A stretch of 64,000 bases of DNA from Octopus sinensis (GCF_006345805.1 NC_042999.1:88846001-88910000), one strand, 5' to 3'. Shown: positions 12,134-23,960, counted from the stretch's first letter. Translations and numbers: made by a program. Notes: a model not told the origin generated them from the sequence alone.

Positions 12134-12602
12134 ATTCGATGACTGGCATCCATGCTAGTGGAGCACTAAGAGCACCATCCGAGCATGATCGTTGCCAGAG
12201 TGGCTAACTGGCATTCATGCTGGTGATACGTAAAAAGCACCATTCAAGCATGATCGTTACCAGTGTCACTTTACTGGCACTTGTGTCGGTGTGCAGGTGA
12301 CACAAAAAAAAACATGATTTCCCGTGACCATTGCCAGTACCGCCTGACTGGCCCTCATGCCAGTGGAACATAAAAGCACCCACCACACTCTCGGAGTGGT
12401 TGGCGTTAGGAAGGGCATCCAGCTGTAGAAACTCTGCCAAATCAAGGTTGGACCTGGTGCAGCCATCTGGTTCGCCAGTCCTCAGTCAAATCATCCAGCC
12501 CATGCTAGCATGGAAAACGGAGGTCAAACGACGACGACGACGACGACGACGACGATGATGATGATGATGATGATGAGGAGGAGGAGGAGGAGGAGGAGGA
12601 GG
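12134..12602 (+). mobile_element. RTE-type LINE 3' UTR copy (family B) with compound tail
   Basis: ggagtggttggcgttaggaagggcatccagctgtagaaac...atggaaaacggaggtcaaacg followed by (CGA)n(TGA)n(GGA)n. Confidence 0.85.
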
Positions 12603-14555
12603 AATATTGGTCTAAACAACAAAACAGCAATGTCAATAAAGATTTCTTACTGAGGCTTGATACAAACTTTGTAGAAGAGTTATAATTGATTATTCCGAAC
12701 CTACTACTACTGCAACTGCTATTGCTGCTGATGGTACTATGGCTGCAACTTGCAATAGAGGATATCTTGGTAAGAGTATATACCAGACCTTTGCTTCAGG
12801 CTTTTAGGTAGATTTTTGTCCCTCCTACCTTTGATTCAGAGGAATATCCATGATGTGACAGCTAGAGAGAGAGAAAGAGAACTGCCCCAACACAGAGATA
12901 ATATTTTATTTACCAGCATTTGAAAGGATGAAAGGAAATGTTGACCTTGGTGGGATTTGAACAGAGAGCTGGGATAAACATCCCTATTCATTATGTTAGC
13001 TTATCTAAGAATTTACCAATAATCTTTCATCAACAAAATATATTCACCAACAGGTTGTCCCTCTAGTGAGTTCAGAGAATGGCAAAATTGAAGTTGGGAT
13101 GATAACATCTTTGCAAAAGATATTACAAAATTTTCCAGCATACAACTTGATGTAGTAAATAGTGTAAACAAGTAGTGTAAACATTCAAACATTGTCTCCA
13201 TCTTTCCACTCCTGTTGCATTTCACATGGAATTTTTGATCCTCCAAAGGCATTATGGTGTATAAATGTACTACCTTTTTTGGTTGTAAATTTCAGTCTGA
13301 AAACTTCATAATGTATCCTGGAAAATATGGTAACAGAGAAAGTTAAACAGCTGTTGTTTATTTGATGACAAGTTTCAACCACTGCACTATAGACATCCTG
13401 GGATGCCATCACTGACCCCAGAACTAATTTCAGTCTGCTTTACTGATCTTCATTTGTCAAATGCCTAATTTGCAGAACATAAAGGTGGCAGTATCAACAC
13501 AAAATCAGGTTTAACAACTGTACTGTCTCAGAAAAAACAAACATGTGCTTACAGATACTCACCTATACAGCTATATGCATGCATGAAAATTTACGTTTAT
13601 TCCAATAATAATTGGAGCACTTGGTTTTTTAAGAAAATGCTTAACTGTCAGTCTGGATAGGCTTGAATTTTCAGAAAAAGAAATCAACCAACTGACTTAC
13701 ACATTACAAATAGAATCTGTAAGCAGAACAGTAAGACTATGCAAGATTTTTCTCAGGTTTAAAATGTGACATTATTTTCTTTATCTATGTTCCAATGATG
13801 GAGCTTTGTATCTTTGTTAGAAACCAGCTCCTTCTTCAGGCAAAGAATTTAAATGATTAAAAATAGATGAGAAACATAGGTGACTTGTCTATGGTCCCCA
13901 CCATGATTATAAACACTAGGATCTCCACTAGCAGTCCTTCTACTAATCAGAACTTAAGAGTCCACTAAATTTTAACCACACTAAACCACATACATATGCA
14001 TATGTAGCCATGCATGAGGATAATGGCTCAGGCACCCAACTAATCTACCCTCCACCAAACATACATATCAACCCTTGCAAAAAAAAGGCCTCCACACATA
14101 TCACTGCCATTCAAATGTTGCTGGCTTCACAACTCATTCAAGGTCAATTTTTTTTGTGTGTGTAAGAGACGTAACTCATGACAGATCCCTCTCATGATTG
14201 CCTCCTACGACTTTGTTTCAGCACCCACAAACTGCATGTGACTCTTTCTCACCTTCAGAAACCATTTGTTCCATAAAGCAATCTCTGGTAATCTGGTTAT
14301 CTAATATCAGATGTGAAGCTTATTCATAAGATCAGCTCTAACAGATCAATAATACTGTATACTTTGATTAGTATGTTTGTGTGTATACATACATACATAC
14401 ATACATAGATATGTCATGCTGAATCTTCCTAAGAACTATATTAAGAGAAAGCGTGTCTGTGGAGTGCTCAGCCACTCACATGTTAATTTCATAAGCATGC
14501 TGTTCTGTTGATCAGATCAACTGGAACACTTGTTGGAACTGACGAAGTGCCAATT

Positions 14556-17500
14556 ATATATATATGATGGCCGTCCACTCGTGACCGAGGAAGACCATTG
14601 CCGACCTTCAGGAACATTGTGCGCTCTAGGACTAACTTAGATTTTGCATTTGTGGCTCCGTTGGTGGCTAATGAGCCCTGCTCTTGACAAGCATAAACGA
14701 CTGCAAACATTGCAGACCAAGCTTTCCCCATTCACTATACGAGCCGTGCGCTTTCACGCAGCTCGCTTAAGTTCTTCATGCTGGATACGTGCTCTCTCAA
14801 AAGTGTCGATCCCCTCCTTAACCTGCTTATTCCATCTGTGGTGATGACAGGCATTGTTCTCCCAGTCAGTGTCCTGCATATCAAAGGCCTTTAACGAGGA
14901 CTTGACACAGTCCTTAAATTGCAGCCTTGGTTTCTGCCAGAGTCTCCTTCCATTCACAAGTTCTCCATAGAGCATCTGCTTAGAAATCCTTCTATCCTCC
15001 ATTCTAATAAGGTGTCCAGTCCAACGCAACCGGTGCTTGTGTACCATCACCTCAATAATCAAGATATCAGCTGTCCTCAGGATCTGTGTGGCTGGAATTT
15101 TTGAGGTCCAGCCAACATTGAGAATGTGTTTGAGACATCTCTGATGAAAACGTTCAAGGACCCTTACCTGACGTTTGTACAGAGTCCATGTCTCACATGA
15201 GTAGAGAAGCGATGTCAGTACACAAGCACGGTACACAGCAACTTTTGTTCTCCTTGCGATGCCATGTTGGGACCAGACACGAGACTGAAGAGACCGGAAG
15301 GAATTAGTTGCTCTCTGCAACCTGAAAGATATTTCTTCATCCAGGGAGCAAGAACGGCTGAGTGTGCTGCCCAGGTAGTCAAACTTGTCTACTACCTTCA
15401 GAATTGTTCCTTCAACCAAGATAGCTGGTTCTATATATGGATTTCCTGGTGCAGGCTGGAACATTACAACAGTCTTGTCCAGGCTAATGCTGAGTCCAAA
15501 TATCCTGCAAGAAGCAGAAATGCAATTCATGAGCATTTGCATGTCATCCACTGTATGAGTGACTAAGTCACAGTCATCTGCATAAAGGAGGTCACGAATA
15601 ATAGACTGGGAAACCTTTGAATTGGCAGCAAATCGGCGTAGATTAAAGAGGCGGTCAGAAGATCGATATCTGACATATATATTTCCAGAGAGCTAACCTT
15701 AGCAAAAGCATGAGTAAAAGCAGCAGCAAAGTACAAAGAAAAGAGAGTTGGGGCAAGGATGTCACCCTGCTTGACACCATTCTCTACAGGAATGGGTCCC
15801 GCCATGGCACCACCAACATTGACCCAAGCCTCCATCCCATCATGAAATGATTTAATTATAAATACAAAGTGATCTGGACATTCAAGTTTGCCAAGTATTT
15901 TCCATAGAAAGGCCCTATTTACAGTATCAAAGGCCTTAGTTAAATCAATGAATACCTGGACAAGATCCATATTCTGCTCATAGCATTTCTCCTGCATCTG
16001 TCTTGCTGTGAAAATCATATCCATTCTCCCTCTACCAGATCGGAAGCCACATTGAGATTCAGATAGGACATCATTTACGAGACACCCATTCAGACGGGTA
16101 AGAAGAATATTTGCCAGAACCTTGCCAGCAGCTGAGAGTAGAGCAATACCTCTGTAGTTACCACACATTGTTCTGGCTCCTTTTCCTTTATATAGAGGAA
16201 GAATAATTGCATCCTTCCAGTCCTTAGGGATTGCACCATCCCTCCAGACTGCACTAATAAGTTCATGAAGGGACTGTGTGATGCAATTACAACCAAATCG
16301 CAAGACCTCAGCACAAATTCCATTCTTTCCAGGTGCCCTACCAAGATTCAAGTTACTTATTGATGTCATTACTTCATGTATTGATGGCGAGGAGTCTAAG
16401 GAGTCAATGATAGGTCTTTGTTTCATAGTATCAATCACTGTTTCATCCACAACTGACTCATGGTTTAGGAGTTCAAAGAAGTGTTCGATCCAGCGACCTG
16501 TGATTTCTGTTGATTTAGTAAACAGAGTGGAAGACTCCTTGGAAAGCAAAGGAGCTGATGTGGAGCTCTTAGGTTCATAAGCTCGCTTCATAAGATGGTA
16601 AAGCTTCTTGCTGTCATTTGCATCAGCAGCAGCCTGAACATCACGAGCAAGATCCTCCCATCAAGTGTTCTGCATCTTCCTGAGAGATCGCTGCAGTAGT
16701 GATTTTACACTGGGCAAGTGCTAGACTTCGCTGCACAGTAGACAGTTCTCTGTGCAGCAACACACTGTGGGCATGGTGCTTCACCACTAATAGTCGTTGA
16801 ATTCCAGCATCATTCTCATCAAACCAGTCTCTGTGTCTGGCAGTAACATACCCCAGTGTTTCGGCTGCACATTCAACAACCTGGTCTTGAAAATCTTCCC
16901 ATGCTGCAGCAGTTTCAATGCTGGACAAGCGAGTCTGAACAGGGAGCTCTTCCAACTTCTTCAGGATATCAGATCGGACTGCAAAACCAACACCAGCCTC
17001 TCTGCGCTCCTCCTTCTGCCTTCCTTTCCAAAAAAAGGTGTATCTGCCTCCTACTTCCTCAAACTGACCATCACCTTCTATACGAGTCTCTGAGAGTGCA
17101 GCTATATCAATTTTATAACGGTTCAGCTCACGAGCAACAAGTGCAGTGCATCTTTCAGGCCTCCAATCACTCTTGTTGTTCAACAGAGTACGTACATTCC
17201 AACATGAAATGTTTAAGTTCCGTCCAGATTTTATAGATAAAAGACTCTTTGTTTTTCGAGCGCAGGGTGGACATCCGTCAGGCGCGCTAAACTGACCAGA
17301 TATGGAAAGACAGGCAATTTTTGGTTCACCTTTTCTAGAACCTCCCCGGTCTCCAGGTGAGCAGTGCCCTCTCCAAATGGAGCTGCTCAGACACCCATGC
17401 AGCAACCGAATCCTACCGCTGTCTTGGGCAACAAGGAGACGACTTTATATCTAGCATGGGCCGCCTACGAGCAGGTCACTGACTACATGCTTCCAACCCA

Positions 17501-18170
17501 TCAGGTCTGCATGCTTCACCACCTTCCCATCGCTGCAGGACTTCCGAATATAAAAAACAAGTACTAAAAATGAAGAAAATATATACTAAAAATAAGATAG
17601 ATATATATAGAATAACAAAAAAAAAAAGAGGCCGGCAATGCCTGTGCAGAGTTTTAGGTCCAATAAGGCTTGCACAACACCTCATAGACCCTCTCCACTT
17701 TATTGACATTATCCAGAGACAAACCGGAGCAAGATGTCTGGTGCCAATATGAGTTGCAGACTCAGGGATGTGGGAGCGCCGTGATCTGTAGCACAAACCA
17801 AAGATCCCCAAAATGTTCAATGCCATTCCCTGCATATCTGGTTTTACATCAGAGTGACCTTCTAGAGACGTGCTTTAACAAAATCTGAGGGGTGCCTCAC
17901 TCCCAGTGGTCTTTCAGCACGCCGGACACCACCTCGGAATTTCTATGTACTCGTGCTAACATTTATTGGATGGCCGTTGACTCTCAAGAGGTCCTCTGCC
18001 CTTTGACGGGTTTTGCTTTTCATCCCGCAGGGTGTCCAATAAACATCCTCCTCATCAAGCAAGCTTGGTGGGGTTGCCGGTTTAGTCGCCGACGACCCGA
18101 CCATGCAACAGGTTGTACTGGGTTACATGTTACCAGTAGCACCCATGAAATATACAACCAAAAGAGCTAC
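14556..18170 (-). mobile_element. Near full-length RTE-clade LINE (disabled)
   Basis: GC-richer 5' UTR about 17400-18170; APE, RT and C2H2 coding remnants in order; 3' end cacgagtggacggccatcat followed by a short AT tail. Confidence 0.92.
14638..17225 (-). pseudogene. RTE ORF: APE endonuclease, reverse transcriptase, C2H2 zinc finger
   Basis: LNISCWNVRTLL, IDIAALSETR, AGVGFAVR (APE, truncated by a deletion near 16941); NYRGIALLS, QCGFRSGRG, FIDLTKAFDTV, GVKQGDILAP, IRDLLYADD (YADD at 15573-15584), YSCETW, LRWTGH; CNVC-x12-HQRSH at 14652-14714 beyond a stop at 14754; at least two frameshifts. Confidence 0.92.
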
Positions 18171-18727
18171 TAATAGTTTCATGCCATTATGATACTTGAA
18201 CATATTTAATAGCAAACCATCTTTCTCTTCATCTTTTACTCTGAAAGCAACTGGAGGTGGCAGGCACTAACAGTTGCCAGTCAAAATTCCCACATGTGTG
18301 TGTGTGTGCATGTGCATGCATGTGTGCATGTGCGCGTGTGCATGTGTGTGTATGTACAGTGATGGGTTTGAGGGTTTTGTTTACTTACGAATTGATTTCT
18401 TTATTTCACCACAGTATAAATACCTATAATGGTGAGACTTAAAAAGAAATAATAATTAATTCAGTTCAATTAAAAAGCATGGGTAAGCAACGCATTGTAA
18501 GCCACACTATAATTAGCGAAAACATTTATCTGTGTGCAGGGTATACATTGCCCCTCCAATGCCATTTTTCATTATTATTATTATTATTATTACTATTATT
18601 AAATTGGTTTGGCTCAGGTTTGGTCTTATTCCTGGTCGGAATTATGTGGATAGCAGATTACTACCTGTAACCTTAGGTATCCACAAGTTTTCAACAGTCT
18701 TTCAAATGCTTATTATTATCATTATTA

Positions 18728-18771
<44 letters not shown>

Positions 18772-18984
18772 ATTATTATTATTATTATTATTATTAGTTA
18801 CAGTCAGCATCCCATTTTTATGTCCTGAGCTTCTTTGTTAAAAGTGTAGGTCAGTTAATTTTCATGAGTCAGTTGGAAATCTGAATGTTCACTTTTCCAG
18901 CCAACAAATACAAAAGGAACCTAGGGTATTGAAATGGAATTCTGACTATAAGTTACATAATAAATGGTAATTTACACTCTCTTT

Positions 18985-19006
18985 CTCTGTCTGTCTGTTT
19001 CTCTCT

Positions 19007-19062
<56 letters not shown>

Positions 19063-19160
19063 ATATATATATATGTGTGTGTGTAGATATATGTGTGTAT
19101 GTATATCTATATATGTTTATATATAAGCAGATATATAAGTATCTACGTGTGTGTGTGTGT
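18985..19160. repeat. (CT)n followed by (TA)/(TG) microsatellite
   Basis: Direct observation. Confidence 0.9.
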
Positions 19161-19864
19161 AATTAATATGATATATTATGTTTTATTTTATTGATTTTAT
19201 TGAAATTATAGTGGTTAAAACTTTTGAAGCATTTTATTCTTGTAATTTTTTTTCTTCTTTTCATTTGATACATTGATAAATAGATATTATAGTTTTATGT
19301 AACTCATCAATCTTATACAATTTGTTTCCTCTCTAAGAATCTATCATCATTTTGCCAATATATACCATAAATCATTTTCTCACAAGAACAATATATAACA
19401 CTTCATTAGAAACACTAGAAATATTCAGTTGATCTAAGTTGAATTTTGACAGTAATTATAAGACTTTTTCCCTTACTTTTTACAAATTCCAGAACATATG
19501 AATTCTGACAATAAGTGTTGTTTATCAAGACAAAGTGAACAATTAACAGTGTCACCAATGAATGCATTTGTTTTAGCTGACAAAAACCTACGAGGGAAAA
19601 AATGAGGTGAATTATTCATATGATTAATACAAACTTCTGTGTTTTCTTTCCTCATTTATCATGGCTATGCAGAAATACTATATAAATATCTGTACTCATT
19701 GATACTACAAATTAAATGCAAGCGGCTCTATATCCTTGCATAATAGTGTTTAAATCAACTAGTCCCAAAAATGATTGCAATGTATCTGGAAGTAGGTACT
19801 ATGAGAACACATACGTAGTGATGGGAAAGGAAATGGAAGGAGGCAGTTGGCCATGCAGGTATTT

Positions 19865-20262
19865 GGTTAGCAAAATGTGGAACCTGAAGACTAAAACAAT
19901 ACCTGTTGTCATAGGTGCCCTGGGAATGATAGCAAAAGGGGCTGATTGCTACCTAGCTCAGATACCAGGAAACCCCAAAATGGCAGAAATTCAAACGATA
20001 GTGCTCAAGGGAACTGCTCATATCCTACGCAAAATACTTTCTATGTAATCTCAAGTTTTAAAACAAGCATAATTTTCTTATGGTTTCTTAAACATTCTCT
20101 AGAACAACACTATGTACAAAACCAAATATATGGCACCCTAGGCATAACACCTACATGAACTTCCAACTTGTTGTCTCTTGAGGTCTCTGGGTGAGACTTG
20201 GAGCCAACTTGTGCAAATGTAAAGCAAAAGTCAAACATAAAATAATAATAATAATAATGATG

Positions 20263-20315
<53 letters not shown>
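19865..20315 (+). mobile_element. 3' end of R4/Dong-type LINE with (AAT)n tail
   Basis: KMWNLKTKTIPVVIGALGMI...IQTIVLKGTAHILRKILSM* (C-terminal end of the RLE region), 3' UTR, then (AAT)n at about 20240-20315. Confidence 0.85.
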
Positions 20316-20530
20316 CATCTTTTCTACTAAAGGTACAAGGCCTGAAATTTTGGGGGAGGAGATTAGTCAATTACATCAATCTCAGTACTCCACTGGTACT
20401 TAATTTATTGACCCCCAAAAGGATGAAAGCTGAAGTCAACCTTGGTGGAATTTAAATTCAGAATGTAGAGATCGGCAAAATACCACTAAGCATTTCATCC
20501 AGTGTGCTAACAATTCTGCCAGCTCACCCA
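20240..20530 (-). mobile_element. tRNA-derived SINE (family A)
   Basis: Same core and head as 9075-9274; its tail is the shared (AAT)n tract. Confidence 0.8.
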
Positions 20531-20569
20531 CTTAATAATAATAATTATAAAGATTTTTTTATTTGCTGT

Positions 20570-20970
20570 TTCCTTAATGCAATATGATGCAAGTGTTGTT
20601 AGAAAGAATGGGCTTGAGGAAATGGATAAAAAAATCAGGAATGTGATGGCAATTAACAAGGAGCTCCACCCAAAAAGCGATATTGATAGATTGTATGTGC
20701 CTAGGAACAAGAGAGGAAGAGGCCTCAGAGGATGCAAGATTTGTGTTGCCAACAAGAACAGTCAAGGATGGTACATCAAACAGCAGAGTGAATTCTTGTT
20801 TGCTGCTGTTAGAAATAATGACATGATACCTACCGAAAATGTGATACACCCAAAAACATTTAAGAAACAAGATGAAGAAGGAAGACTAAACAATTGGAAA
20901 ATGAAAACAACACATGGACAATACATCACAGGAATCACAGGAAAGACAAGATCAACACCTGGAGATGGCT
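20570..20970 (+). mobile_element. R4/Dong-type LINE post-RT fragment
   Basis: LEEMDKKIRNVMAINKELHPKSDIDRLYVPRNKRGRGL and WKMKTTHGQY, then KINTWRWLRK in a shifted frame. Confidence 0.8.
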
Positions 20971-21310
20971 AAGAAAAAGTGCATATACTCCATCCCATGC
21001 AGCTGTGGTAGGTTATACAAAGACAAAACATGCCGCTCCCTCAAAATAAGGGTAGAGGAACATCGCAAAGCTGTGACAAGAGGAGATATTGATAAATCGG
21101 GTATAGCTGATCATGTATGGAAAAATGGAGACCACGTTCCCCTGTAGGATGAAGTTAAAATAATAGACAAAGAACACCAGTGGAAAATACGAAAACTAAA
21201 AGAAGCAACACATATACTAGGACACAACAACCTCCTAAGCAGACTGAGTGCAGATATGACTAGCATATGGGAACCAGTATTAAGGAAGGTTAGGAAAATA
21301 TTAGATTTAT
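20971..21310 (+). mobile_element. Penelope-like element GIY-YIG endonuclease fragment
   Basis: KKCIYSIPCSCGRLYKDKTCRSLKIRVEEHRKAV...KSGIADHVWKNGDH...VKIIDKEHQWKIRKLKEATHI; the YIG half is decayed to YKD and there is one in-frame stop. Confidence 0.8.
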
Positions 21311-21341
21311 AAACCCTAAACTTCACTCTATAATTGCCCAC

Positions 21342-21570
21342 GGGCATATAGTGTAGTGGTTAAGAGCACGTGCTACTAACTCCAAGATTCTGAGTTCGAT
21401 TCCAGGCAGTGACCTGAATAATATTAATAATAATAGGAATGAGAACCCAGGTTTTAAATTTACCCAAGACAGCTGGAGGTTAGAGGGTGTATCAGATATA
21501 ACAAAATGAGGACAAATATCTGTCAAATGTAGATAATGTACATAATTCCTCATCTCTTAAATATAGAACT
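21342..21570 (+). mobile_element. tRNA-headed short element with Penelope-like tail
   Basis: A box tagtgtagtgg (21349-21359) and B box agttcgattcc (21393-21403); acceptor stem does not pair, so not a functional tRNA. Confidence 0.6.
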
Positions 21571-21574
21571 TTCA

Positions 21575-23960
21575 TTAAATAGGGAAGCCAAATATACTGC
21601 CCGTTTTGATGTGTCACTTCATCTTGAAATGTCTGTTGTTGAAGGGTGGTCATTGCAGCATCAGAACCCTTATTACCATATTTACAAATATACTTAATTT
21701 ACTTTATAAAATTACAATATTCAACATTTATGTGTGTTTTGAATGTCTTAAACAAAAGAGTGAGGTACTATCCATTGATTACCAATTTTCGTTTCAAAAC
21801 CTCCACCCTTTGGTGCCATTCTTCGATGGATATCCATCATGATGGATATCCATCATTACTCCTTTGCGTTTCTTTAGTATAATGTTTCGTACACTTCTTG
21901 TCTTTCATGCAAGATGCAGTTGCACTAAAGTCACCGATTTTACAATTTCATAAATTTCTTTGTCTTTTGTGAGGTTTGGAATTTCTGCTGAGATTATGGA
22001 ATCAATCTCATCAGATTAATATAAGCCAGATTAATATAAGCCAGATTAATATAAGTGTGTGAGATAGGCCTCCTTTTTTGCCATTCAATGGTATACATGT
22101 AGCAACAAAATGGTCGAAATATGTAAGGCTTAGTTATGAAGTCCATCAATTTCGAAACCTTCAGATGAAAAGTTCTTGCAATTAGGTCGTGTCTGTTGAT
22201 GTATAACTGTCCTGGAAAAAATTAAGTTTGGATTTCGTTCCATTTGGGATTGCAAGTAAAAGTGATGAAAAGATCAGGACGTTCATAATTACGCACGTAA
22301 GTCGTGGCATCCTGTGTCCTCTCGAGCATATATCTTGGGCTTCCTGTAAAACTGGATGGGAAAATACATAATAATCCATACAAGATCCAGTTCTTCTGAA
22401 AGTGATTCTTCCAACTTGTTGTGTACCAAAGTCCATCTTCTCCGTCAGCAAAAAGCAAGGGATAATGTAAAGCTTCATATGAATGATGAGTTTCATTTAT
22501 GAACGTGATGCTATTGTCATGATATTTCAAAACACTAACTCGTTTACCATGTTGTTCTCCAACCATTATAATAGCCACTTCATTACACTTAAGAACATTG
22601 AATTGACGGATATGTTCTCCAGCTGGTCTTTTATTGGCATCAATGACAACTTGAAAGTCCGCAGTTGAAGTATATTCTAAAGCATACTGAATTCTTTTCG
22701 TGAAGCATTTCTTGCTGTTTAAAAATAAGTTCTAATCTTGTACTGGGACAATTCTTGTTGCAATACTGTGCTTCCTTTTGAATGTCACCTATAAAATATA
22801 TTTGTAAAAATTGTGGATCTTTATTCTGTAAAGGCTTAAGAGAGCCAATTCTGCGATAAAATTGTCCTTGCACGTTAAAAGTCCGCATAAACCCACTTTC
22901 TCTAATAATTTTTGCCATAAATAATGTCATTTGAAAAGCACAATTGTACGCTCGAATATTTTTAAGAAAGTGTTTTGATTCTGAAGTGGTACTCAAAAGT
23001 TCTGGAGACTCAATTATTTGTAAATGGACTTACCTTTAGAACAACACATGCCTAAATATTCCTTGTCCCACTTCCCAGCGCCACACTTTTCACATGTTTT
23101 GCACATAGAGCCCAGGGAGACAATTTTTCAGATGCATAATTACGATTAGGATCATAATTAAATGCTAAACCTTGCCATTGAAATCGTCTATACTTTTTCT
23201 GCTGATTTTTTCTGGAAATCTCTCCTTTTTGTCGTATTTTTCGGTAGCTTTCACTTTCTTGTTTTCTATTTATTCTGCCTTTTTCTCTCCTTTTTTGCAA
23301 TCGTATTTTTTTGTCTTTTTTATTTTGTTGTGCTTTTTTATTTCTATAATTTTCCATCTTTCTCTGCAATCTATTTCCCTCTCTTATCACCTTCTTGTTC
23401 TCTTGTCCTCCTCTCATATCCCCTCATTTTTTGCAACCTAACTTTTCTTTCTTCTACAGTTTTCATATTAAGTGTTTGAATTCTCATTCTTTTGTCTTTT
23501 TTTACTGTCTTGTGATATTTCATTTCCTTCTACATTTCTTTTGCGTTCGTGACTGTTTATGGGAAAGAGAGCATCGTAGTGGCCGTTGTCAATTTCGCCA
23601 CTATATAACACTGAAATCTTTCTTTCTGTAACTGTTCGACAACAAACGGTGAACAGAGGAAGACTAATTTCATCATTTTCGTGATGGACCTGAATTGCAA
23701 CATTGTACAATACCCCAATGGCAACTAATTCAACATTATCGCCATATGCTCCATCCCTACTCATGTATGCTTAGTATTCCTGCTCTATACTATTAGGAAT
23801 AAAAGAATGAAAGTACTTCCAATTATTGCATATGTATCGTACGGACTCTTTCCGGAGAGTTGAGTAATTTCTGCTGTTTTGAGCAAGAGTGACACAGCTC
23901 TGAACATAGTTACCATCACCCATGACTTTATTAAAGGTGTGAATTGATGAATTAATGTAG
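21575..23960 (-). mobile_element. Decayed autonomous-type Helitron: OTU protease, basic linker, HUH Rep domain
   Basis: In order on minus: GDGN/MFRAVS...GHYDAL (OTU); LAFNYDP; SKHFLKNIRAYNCAFQMT; SSFTGSPRYM...PDLFITFTCNPKW; MYTIEWQKR-GLSHTLILIWL (HUH, second His lost); DGYP; HINVEYCNFIK*IKYICKY(G)NKGSD (YxxKY). Truncated before the helicase. Confidence 0.9.
23565..23935 (-). pseudogene. OTU-family cysteine protease domain (disabled)
   Basis: NKVMGDGN (23909-23920) frameshifts at the catalytic Cys codon into MFRAVSLLL; a later frame gives NYSTLRKESVRYICNNWKYFHSFIPNSIEQEY*AYMSRDGAYGDNVELVAIGVLYNVAIQV...ISVLYSGEIDNGHYDAL (His at 23579-23581). Confidence 0.85.

Noticed and set aside
13013-13412. 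Two overlapping minus-strand ORFs of 75-79 aa
   Set aside because: No recognisable motif, internal stop in the longest frame and no convincing splice sites.
14644-17236. Plus-strand ORFs overlapping the RTE element
   Set aside because: Antisense shadows of the minus-strand LINE ORF.
18005-18065. uuGAUGAg...GAAA hammerhead-like words in the RTE 5' UTR
   Set aside because: C3 is replaced and stem II does not pair.
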